This document shows, in pieces, positions 1 to 11,275 of a stretch of DNA of 64,000 nt. Source of the DNA: Callorhinchus milii (taxonomy: Eukaryota). Both the position numbers and the translations under genes were made by a program. The stretch's first letter is position 1. Each line of letters starts with the position of its first letter. The notes beneath the pieces are model-generated. The model searched no databases and was not told the origin of the DNA. It saw only the letters and a list, made by a program, of their open reading frames with translations. The DNA lies in assembly GCF_018977255.1 (NCBI RefSeq), contig NW_024704743.1, positions 47,432,001-47,496,000 of the forward strand, read 5' to 3'.

Positions 1-999
1 GCACGAGTTGTAAACAAAACAACTGAAAATAGAAACTTCCCTGGACCCACCAGCAGTCTACAGTGTAAAGGACTCATAAATTAATAAAATGCAAGTAAGA
101 AAGATGAAAGATGAAAATGCAAGATAAAATTTAACTTTTTTGTGAAAGTAAAAGATACAGATAAATATCAGGATAAGAAGCAAAAATGGTCTTTCACAAA
201 CACTTACAGGCATCAATACTGCAGATGATCCTGGCATCGTGGGATTGGGGAGGTTACCAGGCATGGAAGCTGGCATGGGCTGCCTATGTCTGTTGTGGAG
301 ATGCAGTAATGAAGACAGAGACCCTGGAACAGGCCTGAGGGAACAAGAGCATAAGGACATCAGTAGAGAGGTACACAAAACTTGATGGTGAACAAGTAAC
401 TTTGCAAAACATCTTAAAAGTGCTATGAAGCTGTGTGAGATGGTTCTACACCCTTAATTTGTATCTCCATGATATGGCTCGCTCCTCACTCGCAGCGTGT
501 ATTGGGTGGCCTCTGTGATCAATTTTCACTAATGTGTGTAAGAGCTTATCTCTAAGTGTTTCTTGCTAATTGAGTTTGTTTCATAATCGACAGGTACTAC
601 CAGATTGATCTTCAATCAATGCAAACTAGGAAGCTTTGGTCAATCAGAGGTTTATTTTTGAATACCTCTGTGACCTAGGCTGAACCTGTTTGTGTTACTT
701 CCTTTTATATCGAAAATGAACAGAATGAAACACAGTTAAGAAAACTCAATGGCATTTTTATTATGGTTCGTTCAGAATCCAAAACTCCCCGGAAATAGTT
801 CTCAAGTGATTTCAACAAATAACAATGAATTACACAACCATGAATTACACAAATAACTAATCAACCTTAACAGATACTAGCTAACAGCCAACTGAATATG
901 AGGTTTATGTATGTGCAGTGAACCAACTCTTGACTCAGAGGGTTGTACCTCTAGCCAGTCAAGACACGTACCTTTCTGATGTTATGAAGTAAAAAGCAA

Positions 1000-1553
1000 A
1001 CTCCCCAACTCCTCCCTCCATTGGGTGCAGATCATCCAGAACTCTGCAGCCCGTGTCCTCTCTCTCAGCAGGCTCCCCAACCCTATCACCCCCATCCTCG
1101 CCTGACTCCACAGGTTTCCCATCACTCAGAGGATACAGTTCAAGATCCTCATTCTCACTTTCAAAGCCCTCCGTGGCCTTGCCCCCCACCCGCTGTCTCT
1201 GTGACCTCCTAACCCCGTACAAACCTGCCCGCATCCTCCGCTCAGCAGGCTCTGGCCTGCTTCACGTCCCCTGCCTTGCCTTCTCCACCATTGGCAGGCA
1301 GGCCTTCAGGTACTCTGACCCCACCCTCTGGAAGTCCTGTCCCCAATCCCTTGTCCCCTCCCTTGCCTCCTTCAAGACTCGTCTCAAGACCCTCTTCTTC
1401 AACCGTACCTTCGGTCACCCTCCTTTCCCCCCTGCCCTCCACCCTCCCCGATGCCAACCTCCAGCTCAGGTCCAAAACACTGATTGTCCAGTGCCTTGGG
1501 ACGTCCTCCGTGAAAGGCACTATACAAATGTAAGTTTGTTGTTGTTTTTGTTG
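1000..1553 (+). mobile_element. L2 (CR1/L2 clade) LINE 3' fragment, tail type a
   Basis: ORF2 C-terminal remnants (IQNSAARVL; YKPARILRSAGSGLLHVP; LASFKTRLKTLFF). Ends in gggacgtcctccgtgaaaggcactatacaaatgtaag plus (TTG)n. Confidence 0.9.
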
Positions 1554-1582
1554 TACATCTTTAAATATACTGAAATGAACAA

Positions 1583-2190
1583 ATTTCTGGTCCCTACATT
1601 ATAGAAGGGGTATTGAGGGCCTGGAGAGGGTGCAAAGGCGATTCACAAGAATGATCCCAAAACTGAGAGGTTATACCTATCAGGAAAGGCTGAACGTACT
1701 TGGACTCTTTTCTTTTGAAAACAACAACAACAACAAGATTACATTTGTATAGCGCCTTTCACGTCAGGAGGACGTCCCAAGGTGCTGGAAAAGAGGAGGG
1801 TAAGGGGTGACTTGATGGAAGTCTTTAAAATGATGAAAGGTTTTGATAGGGTAGACATAGGGAAGATGTTTCCACTTGTGGGGGAGACCAAAACCAGGGG
1901 CCATCAATATAAAATAGTCACAAATAGATCAAATAGGGAAGTTAGAAGAAATTTCTTCACACAGAGAGTAGTGGGATTGTGGAACATGCTACCACAAGAA
2001 GTTGTTGAGGCAAATAGCGTAGATGTATTTAAGGAAAAGCTTGATAGGTACATGAGGGAGAAAGGAATAGAAGGTTATGTTTGAGGGCTTAGTTGAGGAA
2101 GGGCAGGAGGAGGCTCATGTGGAGCATAAACACCGGTATAGACTAGTTGGGCCGAATGGCCTGTTTCTGTGCTCTTCATTCTAATGTAAA
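1583..2190 (+). mobile_element. CR1 LINE 3' fragment
   Basis: ORF 1782-2084 LEKRRVRGDLMEVFKMMKGFDRVD...TRGHQYK...RRNFFTQRVVGLWNMLP is the typical CR1 ORF2 C-terminus. The 3' UTR reads gggccgaatggcctgtttctgtgct. Interrupted at 1722-1787. Confidence 0.92.
1722..1787 (-). mobile_element. Ultra-short L2 3'-tail insertion inside CR1
   Basis: (CAA)n plus the reverse-complement L2 tail, flanked by gaaaa at 1717-1721 and 1788-1792. The CR1 sequence rejoins when it is removed. Confidence 0.8.
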
Positions 2191-2329
2191 TAACAATAAT
2201 AATCCCTGCACTTGATACAGCGTGCCAGGTATCATGTGGTCGAGACATCTCAAAGCGCTCACAAATTGGAACCTATTCTCACTTTGGCAATTTTGTTTAG
2301 TGGATGCCAAGCAGGGAGAATAAATAAAT

Positions 2330-2725
2330 AACAATTGTTGCATTTAGTACAGCAGTTTCATGTCAGGAGGATGTTCCAAAGTGCTTCACAGGATTTACTG
2401 TAAAGTGACTGTATTTTGTGGGTGAAGGCCACAGCCAATTTGCGCACATCAATGTCCTAGAAACAGCTATGAAGTGAGTGACCAATTTTATCTGGGGATT
2501 GTTGGCTAGTACATTGGGATAAACTCCCTCCTCTGTTTTCGAATAATGCGATGTGTTCTTTAACGTCCAACTTAACAGACAGATGGGATCTAGGGTTAAC
2601 ATTTCATTCAAAGGATAGCACTTCTGACAATGCCGCACACCTCCACCCCGGAATTGTATTAGATGATTAACCTAGACTGTGAGTTCAAAGTCCCGAAGTG
2701 AAGCTCAAACCCACAACCTTCTGAA
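2330..2725 (-). mobile_element. SINE family B (SacSINE1-like DeuSINE)
   Basis: Reverse complement of the head (cagaaggttgtgggtt), the central domain (gaatgaaatgttaaccc...gacgttaaagaa) and the L2-like tail seen in the 13087-13508 copy. Confidence 0.75.
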
Positions 2726-2904
2726 AGTGCTTGATACCTAATGAAAGAATGGGGAGTAGTGACGTGGTCCAATTTGTGACATTCACAAACCAGAGTCATT
2801 CAGCTAATTTTGATCTCCAATTCGCAAATATAAGGATTGCAAAATGCATGGGGGTGGCAAAAAATGAAAAAAACGATGAGAAGCAAAACACCACCCATCG
2901 TTCA

Positions 2905-2990
2905 CCTTTCCTAGTAGCCAATTCCAGCTAGTGATTACCCTCTGTGTAAAAAAATACTGCCTGGTGTCTGTCCTAAAATTGCTCTTCACA
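2905..2990 (-). mobile_element. CR1 LINE short fragment
   Basis: Translates KSNFRTDTRQYFFTQRVITSWN, a CR1 ORF2 C-terminal motif. Confidence 0.7.
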
Positions 2991-3095
2991 ATCTGTGTCT
3001 ATTTGTCCTGCTGCATGTTAAATTATATCTGAACATAGAATTTGATATTATAATCTCTAACCAGAGGTACCCAGACAGAAATAGCATTGTTCTAC

Positions 3096-3730
3096 ACAAC
3101 TTGCATTTATATAGCGTCCTTCACGTCTTGAAGGCCTAAATAGTGGCAGAGCCTGACCCAAGCCGGGAAGAGAGTGACCGTAGACACAGTCAAAGAGCAA
3201 GGTCTTCAGATCCAGAGAGAGACAAGGGGACAAGCTGGAGGGACTGAGGCAGAGAGTTATAATAAACTTGCATTTAGCGCTTTATCGCGTTTTCAAGATG
3301 TCTTAAAGCGCGTCAAAGAATATACTATAAAGTGAATTGACTGTATATTTTGTGGGTGAAACATGGCAGCCAATTGCTCACAGCGGTGTTCCAAAATAGT
3401 CATGGATTGAGTGACAATTTTTTTTTCGAAGGGGATTATTACCCCCGGAAAAGCGATCCGCCAATTGACTAACAACTGGGTTCCTATTTCCTGCTAGGTA
3501 AACAGAGGCATGTGAAGTAAGAAATTTGCCTTACTTTTCGACCTGCTGGGAATCAACCCAGATCCTCTCGCTTGCGAGGCGAGTGCTCTAACTACTAAGC
3601 TACTGGACGCCACAATTTCCAGAGTTTGAGGGTATAGTGGCTGAAAGCACATCTGCCAATGGTCGAGTGGATAGGATGAAGGATGTTTAGAAGGTTAAAG
3701 CCAGCTGAGCAAAGGGGGAAGCTAGTGGAG
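3096..3730 (-). mobile_element. L2 3' fragment (tail type b) interrupted by a SINE
   Basis: Tail caacttgcatttatatagcg at ~3097. L2 sequence resumes after the SINE at ~3613 (ttccagagtttgagggtatagtggctgaaagcac). Confidence 0.7.
3258..3612 (-). mobile_element. SINE family A (tRNA-Ala-like head), near full length
   Basis: Minus strand gtagcttagtagttagagcactcgcctcgcaagcgagagg (tRNA-like head), then the central gcctctgtttacctagc block and the L2-like tail. Confidence 0.88.
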
Positions 3731-4017
3731 TTGCATTGAAAAGCTGCATCAAAAATTCAACTTGAAGGAAGTGTGTCCAAGATGGCTTCTATTTAGATTT
3801 GTTTTGGTGACCTCTTCCTCTTTGCGCAATCAATGAAGCTTCACATCTGTCCAGTGCTCTATAAATAGAGAGCACGTGAAATAGACACATCAGCGAAGAA
3901 CTACTCCAGTAAAATAACTCTAATCATAACTTTGTACTACTATAAAGAGGCCATTTGTAGGCATTAATGTCATCCAATTATGGTGCCTAATCTATTTATG
4001 AATACATAATATTTAGG

Positions 4018-4455
4018 TGTCAGCCTGACTCAGTTGGTAGCGCTCTTGTCTCTGAGTCAGAGGTTGTGTCTACAAGCCCACATTGGAACTTTGAACTCAT
4101 TTGGAACTCACCAACTTCATGTCTGGTAGTTTCCTTGAGTGCTTGACAGAGATAAAGTTCTTTGGATGAGATGTTAAACTGAAGCTCTGTCTACCTGTTC
4201 AGGTGGACGTTAAAGATCTCATGACATGTGTTGAAAAGCAAAGGAAGTTTTTCCCAGTATCTTGGCCAACGATCCCCATATAAAATTTGCGCTTCATTTC
4301 GTGGATGACTGTGGGACACCGCACGCAAATTTCGTGCCATGTTTGCCTTCAAAATACAGTCACTTAAATTCACAGTAAATCCTAAGAACAATGAACCACT
4401 TTGAAATGTCCTCCAGATGACAAAAGCAATCTGCCAATTGCAAGGAGTATTATTT
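4018..4455 (+). mobile_element. SINE family B (SacSINE1-like DeuSINE)
   Basis: gtcagcctgactcagttggtagcgctcttgtctctgagtcag head; ggatgagatgttaaactgaag...caggtggacgttaaagatctcatg central domain. Confidence 0.82.
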
Positions 4456-4719
4456 TAAAAAAAGGAGAGAATAAGAAAGAGTCATTCACCCATCAAGCCC
4501 GCTCTGTCCAATGGTCGTACAAAACATACATTATCAGTTATTTCACCCCAACCACCAGACCTCTTGAAAAATTACTTTTGTCTAGATACTCCCTTGACTA
4601 CAAAAATAATTAAACAAAACTTCAAAAGCACCCATGCATTCTCACGTTTCCAGTATTTCAACCTGCCTTCTCCGCAGACAACAATCCATCCACCCTTCCC
4701 AACCTACCAACAAAAAAAA

Positions 4720-4910
4720 TTAATAATAATAATTTGGTCACTCAATCCACGACTATTTGTGGGACATTGCTGTGCACAATTGGCTGCAACGATTCGCCCA
4801 CAAAATATACAGTCAATTCACTTTGCAGTATTTTGTGTGAAGCGGTTTGCGACGTCTCGAAGACATGATAAGGCACTATATCAAATGCAACGATTATTAT
4901 TATTATAATA
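4720..4910 (+). mobile_element. SINE family A, 5'-truncated
   Basis: ggtcactcaatccacgac...cacaaaatatacagtcaattcactt...ctatatcaaatgcaa plus (TTA)n. Confidence 0.88.
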
Positions 4911-5044
4911 TACATCATTGTGTACCATATAGTACTGGTTCATCTTAGTCTGCACTTAAAATATTCTTCAATATACAGATAATATATATTTATAATAACA
5001 TATAGATAATTCTTGTTGAAGGAGTTAATTGAGATACATTAATT

Positions 5045-5465
5045 ATAAATGAATCCTTGCATTTCATATAGCTCCTTTTCACATAATCAAAATGTCTCAA
5101 AAGCGCTTCACGGGATTTTATTGCAAAGTGTAGTAACTGTGTTTGTAGTAAATTACGGCAAGCAATTAGTGCAAGCAATGCCACACAAACAGCCATGAAG
5201 TGAATGTCAATTTCCTTTTTTTTCTTGGAGATTGTTGGCCAGAGGAACCCCTCTTGAGTAGCGCCACAGGCTCTATATTATCCATCGGACAGGAACTCAG
5301 TTTAATGTCTCATCTGAACAATGGCACCTCCAACAATGCAGCGTAACTCCAGCACTGCACTTGAATGTCCGCCTAGGCTGTGAGTAAAAATTCCCAACAA
5401 AGGGGTTGATATACAAATGTAATTTTGTTGTTTTGTTGCTGTTGATCCACAATTTTCTGCTTCAA
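5045..5465 (-). mobile_element. SINE family B with a 30-nt L2-tail insertion in its head
   Basis: Tail atccttgcatttcatatagc at ~5053 and central domain tttaatgtctcatctgaacaatggcacctcc. The head is split by atacaaatgtaattttgttg... (5411-5440), flanked by gttgat. Confidence 0.72.
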
Positions 5466-6835
5466 TTGCTTTCATTAGTGTCTATTGCACATATTTATAA
5501 TTCTGTGGCAGAAAACAAATCTTTAGTTCGGACTCAAGTCTATAGGTTTCAATAGCAACTGGTTCATTTTTGAAACAGTAAACATTGAATCAAAGACACT
5601 TAAAACAAAATTGCTCATAAAATAGATCTGAATACAACTAAAGAAAGAATGGCAATACTGTAGAACTATTGTCATTTTGTTAACACAGGCAAAAACAGAT
5701 TTACAGAAAAACAGAGATGCGTTTAGAAAACAATTTGAAGGGCAATTTGGAGAAGGGAGGAAAACACACTTCAGTGCTGCATTTGGATTCCTACCTAAGC
5801 TTCTGTCCCGACACTATGTAATGTTATCTGGCTGCTAATTTGAATGATGCCTTCACGATCCAAATTAGAACACTTTAGTCATCGTGCATAAACCGCTGCA
5901 TTAAATGATTTGATAATTTTATGCTAACATATACATCAAAGTGTCAGAGGAAACATACACATCAAAATGTCTGAGGAAAATCCTCCAAATGCTCCAATAG
6001 AATTCAATATTTTTATAGCTGTCAGCATGAAGAGCTTTTATCCTTGTTTTGATTGGCACAGAAAGTGGGGAAGAAAGCCGAGCGGGTGCTCAGTCATGAG
6101 GCCAAATGGGAATGGAGTCTGAGTCAAGAAGCAAAAGGGAGATGAATCATTGAGGGAAGAGGATTATCCGATTTCCGATTGTGGACGATAATCTGGAAAG
6201 TGAGTAGTTAAGAATCTACCTTGTACCTGAAGGGATTGATTTTGTCACTTAATCTGTCTTGAAGCCAGATGGTAGGAAGACAGACTAAAGACACTGCTGA
6301 GCCCTTTCAGATAGTGCTTGCTTGTTCCTTCAAAAATTCTTGGTTTGACAGCGAGAGAAGAAACCCAGCTTCCCACTCCATGTGGCGCTACTGCTCAAAG
6401 TGTAACAGCTTCACTCCTAGTTGTCTCGCTACAGCGTTTTATCAATGTTGAGCAAATAAATACAGAGTGAAATTTTCAGGAAACATCCATTCCTTGGTTA
6501 AGTTCCTTCTCCACGTCACCAACAGACACTAAACATCAGTATTACAACAGTATAAGTCTTTATATAAAAAAACTAACCATTGAGGCAAACTTTTGGGAAG
6601 TTGGATGGGGTAGGCTGGATGGAACGATGGTCTATTACTGCCGGAAACTGTTACTCTGTTATTTTTTATTCTGGGGTATTTATAGTCACAAGAGTGGCTA
6701 AAAAAAAGGACAGAAATAGAAACTAGCACTAGCATTACATGGATCAGACTTAAAAATCTAAAGCTATTCCAAAAATTAAGCAAAAGAGACAGACCCAATA
6801 GCTTTCACAGTATTTTTATATTTATTTGCTTTTAT

Positions 6836-7202
6836 ATAATAATAATCCTTGGATTTGTTATAGCTCCTTATCATGCTGTGAGACATGTCAAAGCGCTTCA
6901 CAGAACATACTGTAAACTGAATTGACTGTATATTTTGTGGGCGAAACGCGGTAGCCGATTGCGCACAACAGTGTCCCACGAAAGTAGTTGATTGAGTGAC
7001 CATTCTTTTTTTTCTAAGGGATTATTAACCCTGGAAAAGCTACCCATCAATTGACTAACAACTGGTTCCTACTTAGAGCTAGGTAAACAGAGGCGTGTGG
7101 AGTAAGGAAACTTGCCTAATGTTTTTCTCTTCCCGGGAATCAAACCCAGGTTCCCTCGCTTGCCAGGCAAGTGCTCTAACCACTGAGCTATAGACCTCCA
7201 CG
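6836..7202 (-). mobile_element. SINE family A, full length
   Basis: tRNA-like head (tagctcagtggttagagcac...ctgggtttgattccc on minus), central block, tail and (TTA)n. Confidence 0.9.
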
Positions 7203-7881
7203 ATTTTGCAATTGTGCTCTCATTAAAGATTTACATTTTGTAGATAATGGAATTTTTTTCCCCCAGCTCTGCCAGGGATACTGGAATCAATGCCTTGAAA
7301 CTGTTGAACGTCACTAATGGCACAAACATAACAATGTAGAACAAATAAATACTGAGTGAAATGAGCAGTCAAATCCTTCCTTTGGACAAGTTTCTTCTTC
7401 ATGTCACTAGCACAAACTGAACTTTAGCTTTACAACAGTACAAGTCTTGATAAATATTATTCCATTCCAGCCGTCAAAATAACTTTCTATGTACTGGAAC
7501 CAAAGTGTAGCACAGTGGAACTTATGAACACGTTCAAATCAATCATTTATGAAATGGTATTTATTATGACACATTATTCCCCCCCACCCATAAAAAAGCA
7601 TTCAAAATTACGGAAAGGATTAAAAATGACATTATTTTTCCCTCAAACTGTCTGACACTGTACGAGTGTTTGTGTAGCGCTAAGAAGGCGTGTGCAGTCT
7701 GTGAGACATCTGGAATTGGAAAGCATGAAAAATGTGGCGTAAGATTGCAGACCCAGAGCAGCTTTTGCTACCATAAAAGTGTAATTAGTTAACAGTAATT
7801 AAAGTTTACCCACTGCAACCAAACTCTTTTGAAGGAGTGCATTATAATAATGCAAAATTAAGTCTTTTAAAGCTGACGCTT

Positions 7882-9015
7882 ATCATAGAATCATAGAATC
7901 ATACAGCACAAAAAGAGGCCATTCGGCCCATTGATTTTGTACCGGCTCTTTGAATAGAGCAATTAATGTCAATCCCACTATCCAGCCCTTTCCCCATAAC
8001 GCTGCAAACCCGTCCTCAAATACCCGTCCACCGCGTTTTTAAAAGTAGTTATCGAATCGGCCTCGACGACCCTCTCAGGCAATGCGTTCTAGATTCGAAC
8101 AACTCGCTCTGTGAAAAAATTTCTTCTCACCTGCCCTCTGCTTCTTTTAGAGACTATTTTGAATCTGTGACCTCGAGTCACCGACATACCCACCAGTGGA
8201 AACAGTTTTTCCCTTTCTAACCTATCAAATCCCCTCATGATTTTGAAGACCTCTATTAGGTTTCCTCGTAACCTTCTCTGCTCCAATGAGAATAATCCCA
8301 GCCTCTCTAGCCTTTCCTCATAATCAATGTCCCTCATTCCTGGTACCATCCTCGTAAATCTCCTCTGCACCCTTTCCAATGCCTTAACATCCTTCCTATA
8401 GTGTGGTGCCAAGAACTGGGCACAGTATTCTAACTGAGGCCTAACCAGTGTTTTATATAGGTTAATCATAACCTCCTGACTCTTGAACTCTATGCCGCTA
8501 TTTATAAAGCCTAGTATCCCATATGCCCTTTTTACAGCTTTATCTACCTGTCCTGCCACCTTCAAGGATTCATTTACCTGCACCCCCAGGTCTCTCTGTT
8601 CTTTTACCCCCCTTTAAGATTGTATTACCAGCCTATATTACCTCCCCTCATTCTTTCTATGCATTACCTCGCATTTCTCCACATTGAAACTCATCTGCCA
8701 TGTGTCTGCCCATTTTACCATTCTGTCTATGTCTTCCTGCAGTTGGCTTCTATTCTTCTCACTGTTTACCACCCTACCCAACTTTGTGCCGTCCGCAAAC
8801 ATGGAAATGGTGCTTGCTATTGCCAAGTCCAGATCATTTATGTATATTAAGAAGAGCAGTGGTCCTAATACCGATCCCTGGGGGACACCACAGTACACTT
8901 CTCTCCAGTCAGAAAAGCAGCCGTTCACCACAACTCTCTGCTTTCTGTCTCCCAGCCAGTTCTGGATCCATGCTGCCACTCTCCCTTTTATACCATGGGC
9001 TTCTATCTTTCTTAC
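7882..9015 (-). mobile_element. CR1 LINE 3' fragment with degenerate RT
   Basis: ORFs 8638-8979 (WIQNWLGDRKQRVVVNGCFSDW..GVPQGSVLGPLLFLIYINDLD..FAD) and 8089-8583 (LYKTLVRPQLEYC..LERVQRRFTRM). 3' end carries (ATTCTATG)n repeats. Confidence 0.95.
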
Positions 9016-9769
9016 AAGTCTATATAAGCTTATTCACATCTGTTTGTTTTTTCTATTATGGTATGTGATAATCAGTAATAAAATGTAAATGTGGAAAAGG
9101 AAAATTGATTTTAAAACGTTTTATGTTGCTGTAGCTCTCGAATTATTTAATCCTTTTGAGACCTGTAGCTCTCGAAAGGATGAAATAATTTCTGTAACAT
9201 TTCTCTGCCTGTTTACAAAGGCTGGGATTGGTAAACAGAAGGTAAATAGACCTGTGAACAGTATAGTTATGTTCATTCATTATCTTTGTGCCTTCACCTA
9301 CAATCAAGACAGATTGACAGAAAGTGATACTATCATTTTAATTATGCAGAATGCTGACAATGCTTTGATCTTTCTTTTGCATCTGCTAGTTTTAATGCAT
9401 CCTATGTCATGTAACCTCAGTTGTAAGTATTCTTTTACAAGCTCAATAAAACAAACTGTCTGTCTTACACTTGTCCTTCGCTTTATTCAACTTTCTTCAA
9501 CTGAAGTACATTCACATTCTTATACCTACATGAAGAGAAAGCAAAATCCTTTGAAAATATTTTTAAAAATCAGGAATTGTCTATGAATTGGTTCAATTTA
9601 GATTTACAATATTTTGACATTCATAAATTCTCTGGATCTATTCAGTCCTGATAACATTTACTGCCCAGTGAAGGTAAATGCAGGTACAGAACACAGGTTA
9701 ATCTGCTCAAAAATAACAACCCATGCATTTGATGCAGCATGGTGAGGACATCTCAACAGTGCATAGCAA

Positions 9770-10030
9770 TGTCCTACAAACTATATCTGGACGATTGTTT
9801 GCCAGAGCACCAGGAGAAACTCATTTCCCTTTTTAAATTGTGACATGGGATCTTTAATATCCGCCTGAACAAGCAGACAGGACCTCAATTTAACATGTCA
9901 TCTGAGGACGGCAACTCCAATGATGCAGCCCCCGCTCCCCCAGAACTGCATTGGAGTGTCAGCCCAGACTATGTTTAAAAGTCCTAATATGGGGTTTAAA
10001 TCCCCAGCCTTTTGACTCAGGAGCTATGCT
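9770..10030 (-). mobile_element. SINE family B, partial
   Basis: catgggatctttaatatccgcctgaacaagcagacaggacc...gtcatctgaggacggca...cagcctttgactcagga matches the reverse of family B. Confidence 0.75.
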
Positions 10031-10765
10031 GATAGTAATATTGATTGTTACTAGCCATAGAATAGCTTCACAAACCAACCTACTTTCTCCTCCTCTCTTC
10101 CTCTCTCTCTCTCCTCCACTGTCTGCTGATTTAAGCCATGGTAACATTTGGAATGCTACAATTGGCCTCCATCCACTCTGGGCAAGGGAGGAGAAAATCA
10201 GCCTAACTGCCCACTCCCATTGCTGACCAGTAACTCCTGTGGGAAAGTATGTCAATATCAGTGAGTTCAACAGGATGCCAACTTTCATTGTCAGGGTTCA
10301 GTACCACAACTGTCACTTGCACAAGAATGGCCAGTACCTCAGCCTTGAATAGAGGAAGCAAAAAGGATACAAAAATTAAGGAAGCAAGCATTTCTTAGTA
10401 AATATTGAGTAGAGAAATTCCCTGCAAACGATGCGCGTTACATGATGATAAGCCTGCAACAACAACAACTTGCATTTATATAGCATCCTTCACGCAGGGT
10501 AGCGTCTGATTGGGTAGCACTGCCACAGCCATTAATGTTATTTGTGAATATCATCCCAAATCAAAGAAACGGACGCAGTTGCAGTGAAGCAGCTATGTGC
10601 ATCCACAATTAGAGCCAATACAAATCTGAAGACCATAACCTTGCAGACACATGGATGAAATGAAGCTATGAGGTGAAATTTGCAGCCCTATATTGCTTGT
10701 GACAATGAAACACCACAAATGTCATCTTATCTGCTATATGAAATAAACCAAACTTGTAAACCAAA

Positions 10766-10900
10766 AATTGGCTGCCAGATTTCGCTAACAAAATATACAG
10801 TCAATTTACTTTACAGTATATTCTGTGAAGCGCTTTGAGACATCTCAAAGACATGGTAAGGCTCCATATCAAATGCAAGGATTATTATCAATATTATTCC
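10766..10900 (+). mobile_element. SINE 3' tail fragment
   Basis: aattggctgcc...aaatatacagtcaattt...gtgaagcgctttgagacatc...atatcaaatgcaaggattatta. Confidence 0.85.
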
Positions 10901-11159
10901 CAGGTATTTGCCATTCTCTATTTATTATAAGCTGCAGTAAAGAGTTATAATCACAAGCCAATCACTGAGCAGCAATGGGCTGGCACGTCCTATAAGTATT
11001 CCTTCTACAGATGTCTCGCAGATGTGTTAGGGTCTAAACACATTTTTCATAATCCGGACTTGCACTAAATTCATAAATATTGAATCCAGGCCTTAACTGG
11101 ATGTGTATCACAATGACCTGCAGGAATTCTGCTCTGACATGACTGGGAACAGATTGCTT

Positions 11160-11275
11160 AATAATAATAATAATAATCCTTGCATTTAATATAGCGCTTT
11201 TCACATCTTCTAGACGTCTCAAAACGCTTCACAGAATATACTGTAAAGTGAATTGACTGTATATTTGTGGGCTTG
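11160..11275 (-). mobile_element. SINE 3' tail fragment
   Basis: (TAA)n atccttgcatttaatatagcgcttttcac...cacagaatatactgtaaagtgaattgactg. Confidence 0.85.

Noticed and set aside
58..378. 106-aa ORF with a hydrophobic, TM-like C-terminus
   Set aside because: The hydrophobicity comes from T-rich composition on the minus strand; there is no recognisable family or convincing gene structure.
9089..9586. 165-aa plus-strand ORF
   Set aside because: AT-rich with no recognisable motif; looks like a chance ORF.
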